A stretch of 64,000 bases of DNA, taken from the NCBI GenBank assembly GCA_046728915.1, contig JBKPFQ010000060.1, forward strand, positions 5,311-69,310. The letters are read 5' to 3'. Position 1 is the stretch's first letter, and the number at the start of each line of letters is the position of its first letter. The notes beneath the pieces were generated by a model, which was not told the DNA's origin, ran no database searches, and worked only from the letters and a program-made list of their open reading frames with translations. Source of the DNA: Actinomycetota bacterium. Lineage in GTDB: Bacteria > Actinomycetota > Thermoleophilia > Solirubrobacterales > 70-9. The translations under genes and the position numbers were made by a program. Positions 63,278-64,000 of the stretch are shown one piece after another.

Positions 63278-64000
63278 CTAGCTCCTGACCTTGCCCGACG
63301 AAGCGGACGCCTCGCGCAGGAGCCGCTCGCGCGGGTCGTGGTCGTTCATTGCCTCGGCGAACTGACCGAGGGCCTGCTGCTGCTCGCGGTTCAGATCTCG
63401 CGGCACCTCGATCTCGAGCCGATAGAGGATGTCCCCGCGACCCTTGGCGCCCGGACGCGGCGGCCCCTCGGCGCGCAGACGCTGGATCGTCCCGTGCTGG
63501 GTGCCGGCCGGGATGCGGATCCGCTTCGTGCCGTTGAGCGTGGGCACCTCCACGGTCGCCCCCTGGATCGCCTCGGCGATCGTGATCGGGATCGTGACCT
63601 CGAGGTTGCCGTCGGAGCGCTGCTTGAAGACGGGGGAGGGGGTCACCCGCGTGATCACATAGAGGTCTCCGGACGGCCCGCCGCGTGGACCATCCTCGCC
63701 CTTGCCGGCGACCCGGATGCGGCTGCCGTCGCGAACTCCCGGTGGGATCTTCACCCGGTAGCGCTTCTGCTGCAGGGTGACGCCGGATCCGCCGCACGTC
63801 TCGCAGGGGTGCTCGATGATCTGCCCGCTGCCGCCGCAACGCGGACACGGCTGGCTGATCGAGAAGAAGCCCTGGCTCTCGGTGTCGATCCCGCGCCCAC
63901 CGCAGCGTGGGCACGTGATCGGCGCCGTGCCGGGCTTGGCGCCGGAGCCGTGGCAGGTCGTGCACGTGGCCTGCTTCGGTACCACGACCGGGATCTCGGC
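63278..64000 (-). CDS. dnaJ: Chaperone DnaJ, C-terminal part (5' end beyond window)
   Basis: Four CxxCxGxG zinc-finger repeats (CTTCHGSG, CPRCGGRG, CPRCGGSG, CETCGGSG) plus C-terminal beta domains. The frame stays open to nt 64000. Confidence 0.9.
   Translation of the reverse strand, partial: AEIPVVVPKQATCTTCHGSGAKPGTAPITCPRCGGRGIDTESQGFFSISQPCPRCGGSGQIIEHPCETCGGSGVTLQQKRYRVKIPPGVRDGSRIRVAGKGEDGPRGGPSGDLYVITRVTPSPVFKQRSDGNLEVTIPITIAEAIQGATVEVPTLNGTKRIRIPAGTQHGTIQRLRAEGPPRPGAKGRGDILYRLEIEVPRDLNREQQQALGQFAEAMNDHDPRERLLREASASSGKVRS

Noticed and set aside
62760-63300. HAIR or CIRCE heat-shock operator elements.
   Set aside because: I found no CTTGAGT-N7-ACTCAAG or TTAGCACTC-N9-GAGTGCTAA-like repeats by eye. 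The relevant promoter is probably upstream of dnaK, outside the window.

Overview
This is a 64-kb, high-GC (about 70% by eye), very gene-dense chromosomal segment. I support about 66 CDS, 1 tRNA and 1 TPP riboswitch. I recognised no rRNA, CRISPR array, transposase or integrase.

Actinobacterial hallmarks are present: dnaJ-hspR-clpB, LigD, a DUF4333 lipoprotein, a PASTA lipoprotein, pervasive ATGA/GTGA start-stop overlaps, and long Arg/Pro/Gly-rich shadow ORFs. My unverified guess is a Thermoleophilia- or Rubrobacteria-like Actinomycetota genome.

Layout:
- (1) 1-12.4 kb: lipB, leucine dehydrogenase, two complete E1alpha/E1beta/E2 2-oxoacid dehydrogenase operons, small redox genes and lpdA.
- (2) 12.4-16.6 kb: cupin, membrane protein and thiE, divergent from a TPP riboswitch controlling thiO-thiS-thiG.
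- (3) 16.6-22.2 kb: a large secreted hydrolase-like protein, a hypothetical protein, a two-domain LigD, tRNA-Lys(UUU), a PASTA lipoprotein and PhzF.
- (4) 22.2-26.5 kb: a seven-gene Mrp-type antiporter cluster in the order E-F-G-DUF4040-B-C-D, with no NuoL-like MrpA.
- (5) 26.7-56.4 kb: purine biosynthesis genes, all on the minus strand, in the order purD-E-B-C-S-Q-L-F-N-H. purM and purK are absent.
- (6) 56.4-64 kb: a GYD protein, a membrane protein, a secreted BNR-propeller/(PG)9/lysine-rich RTX-like repeat protein, clpB, hspR and the 3' part of dnaJ.

The most interesting signal is in block 5. Almost every junction between pur genes is occupied by accessory genes: five sulfotransferases, three secreted GlcNAc-6-sulfatase-like sulfatases, four paralogous GT-A glycosyltransferases (three with coiled-coil/Arg-rich tails), an orphan DxD protein, an NDP-sugar epimerase, a SnoaL/HTH-like protein and a csoR-P450 unit. 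I read the sulfotransferase/sulfatase/GT set as a candidate undescribed sulfated-glycan synthesis-and-editing system.

All functional calls come from motif recognition by eye. No database search was possible.
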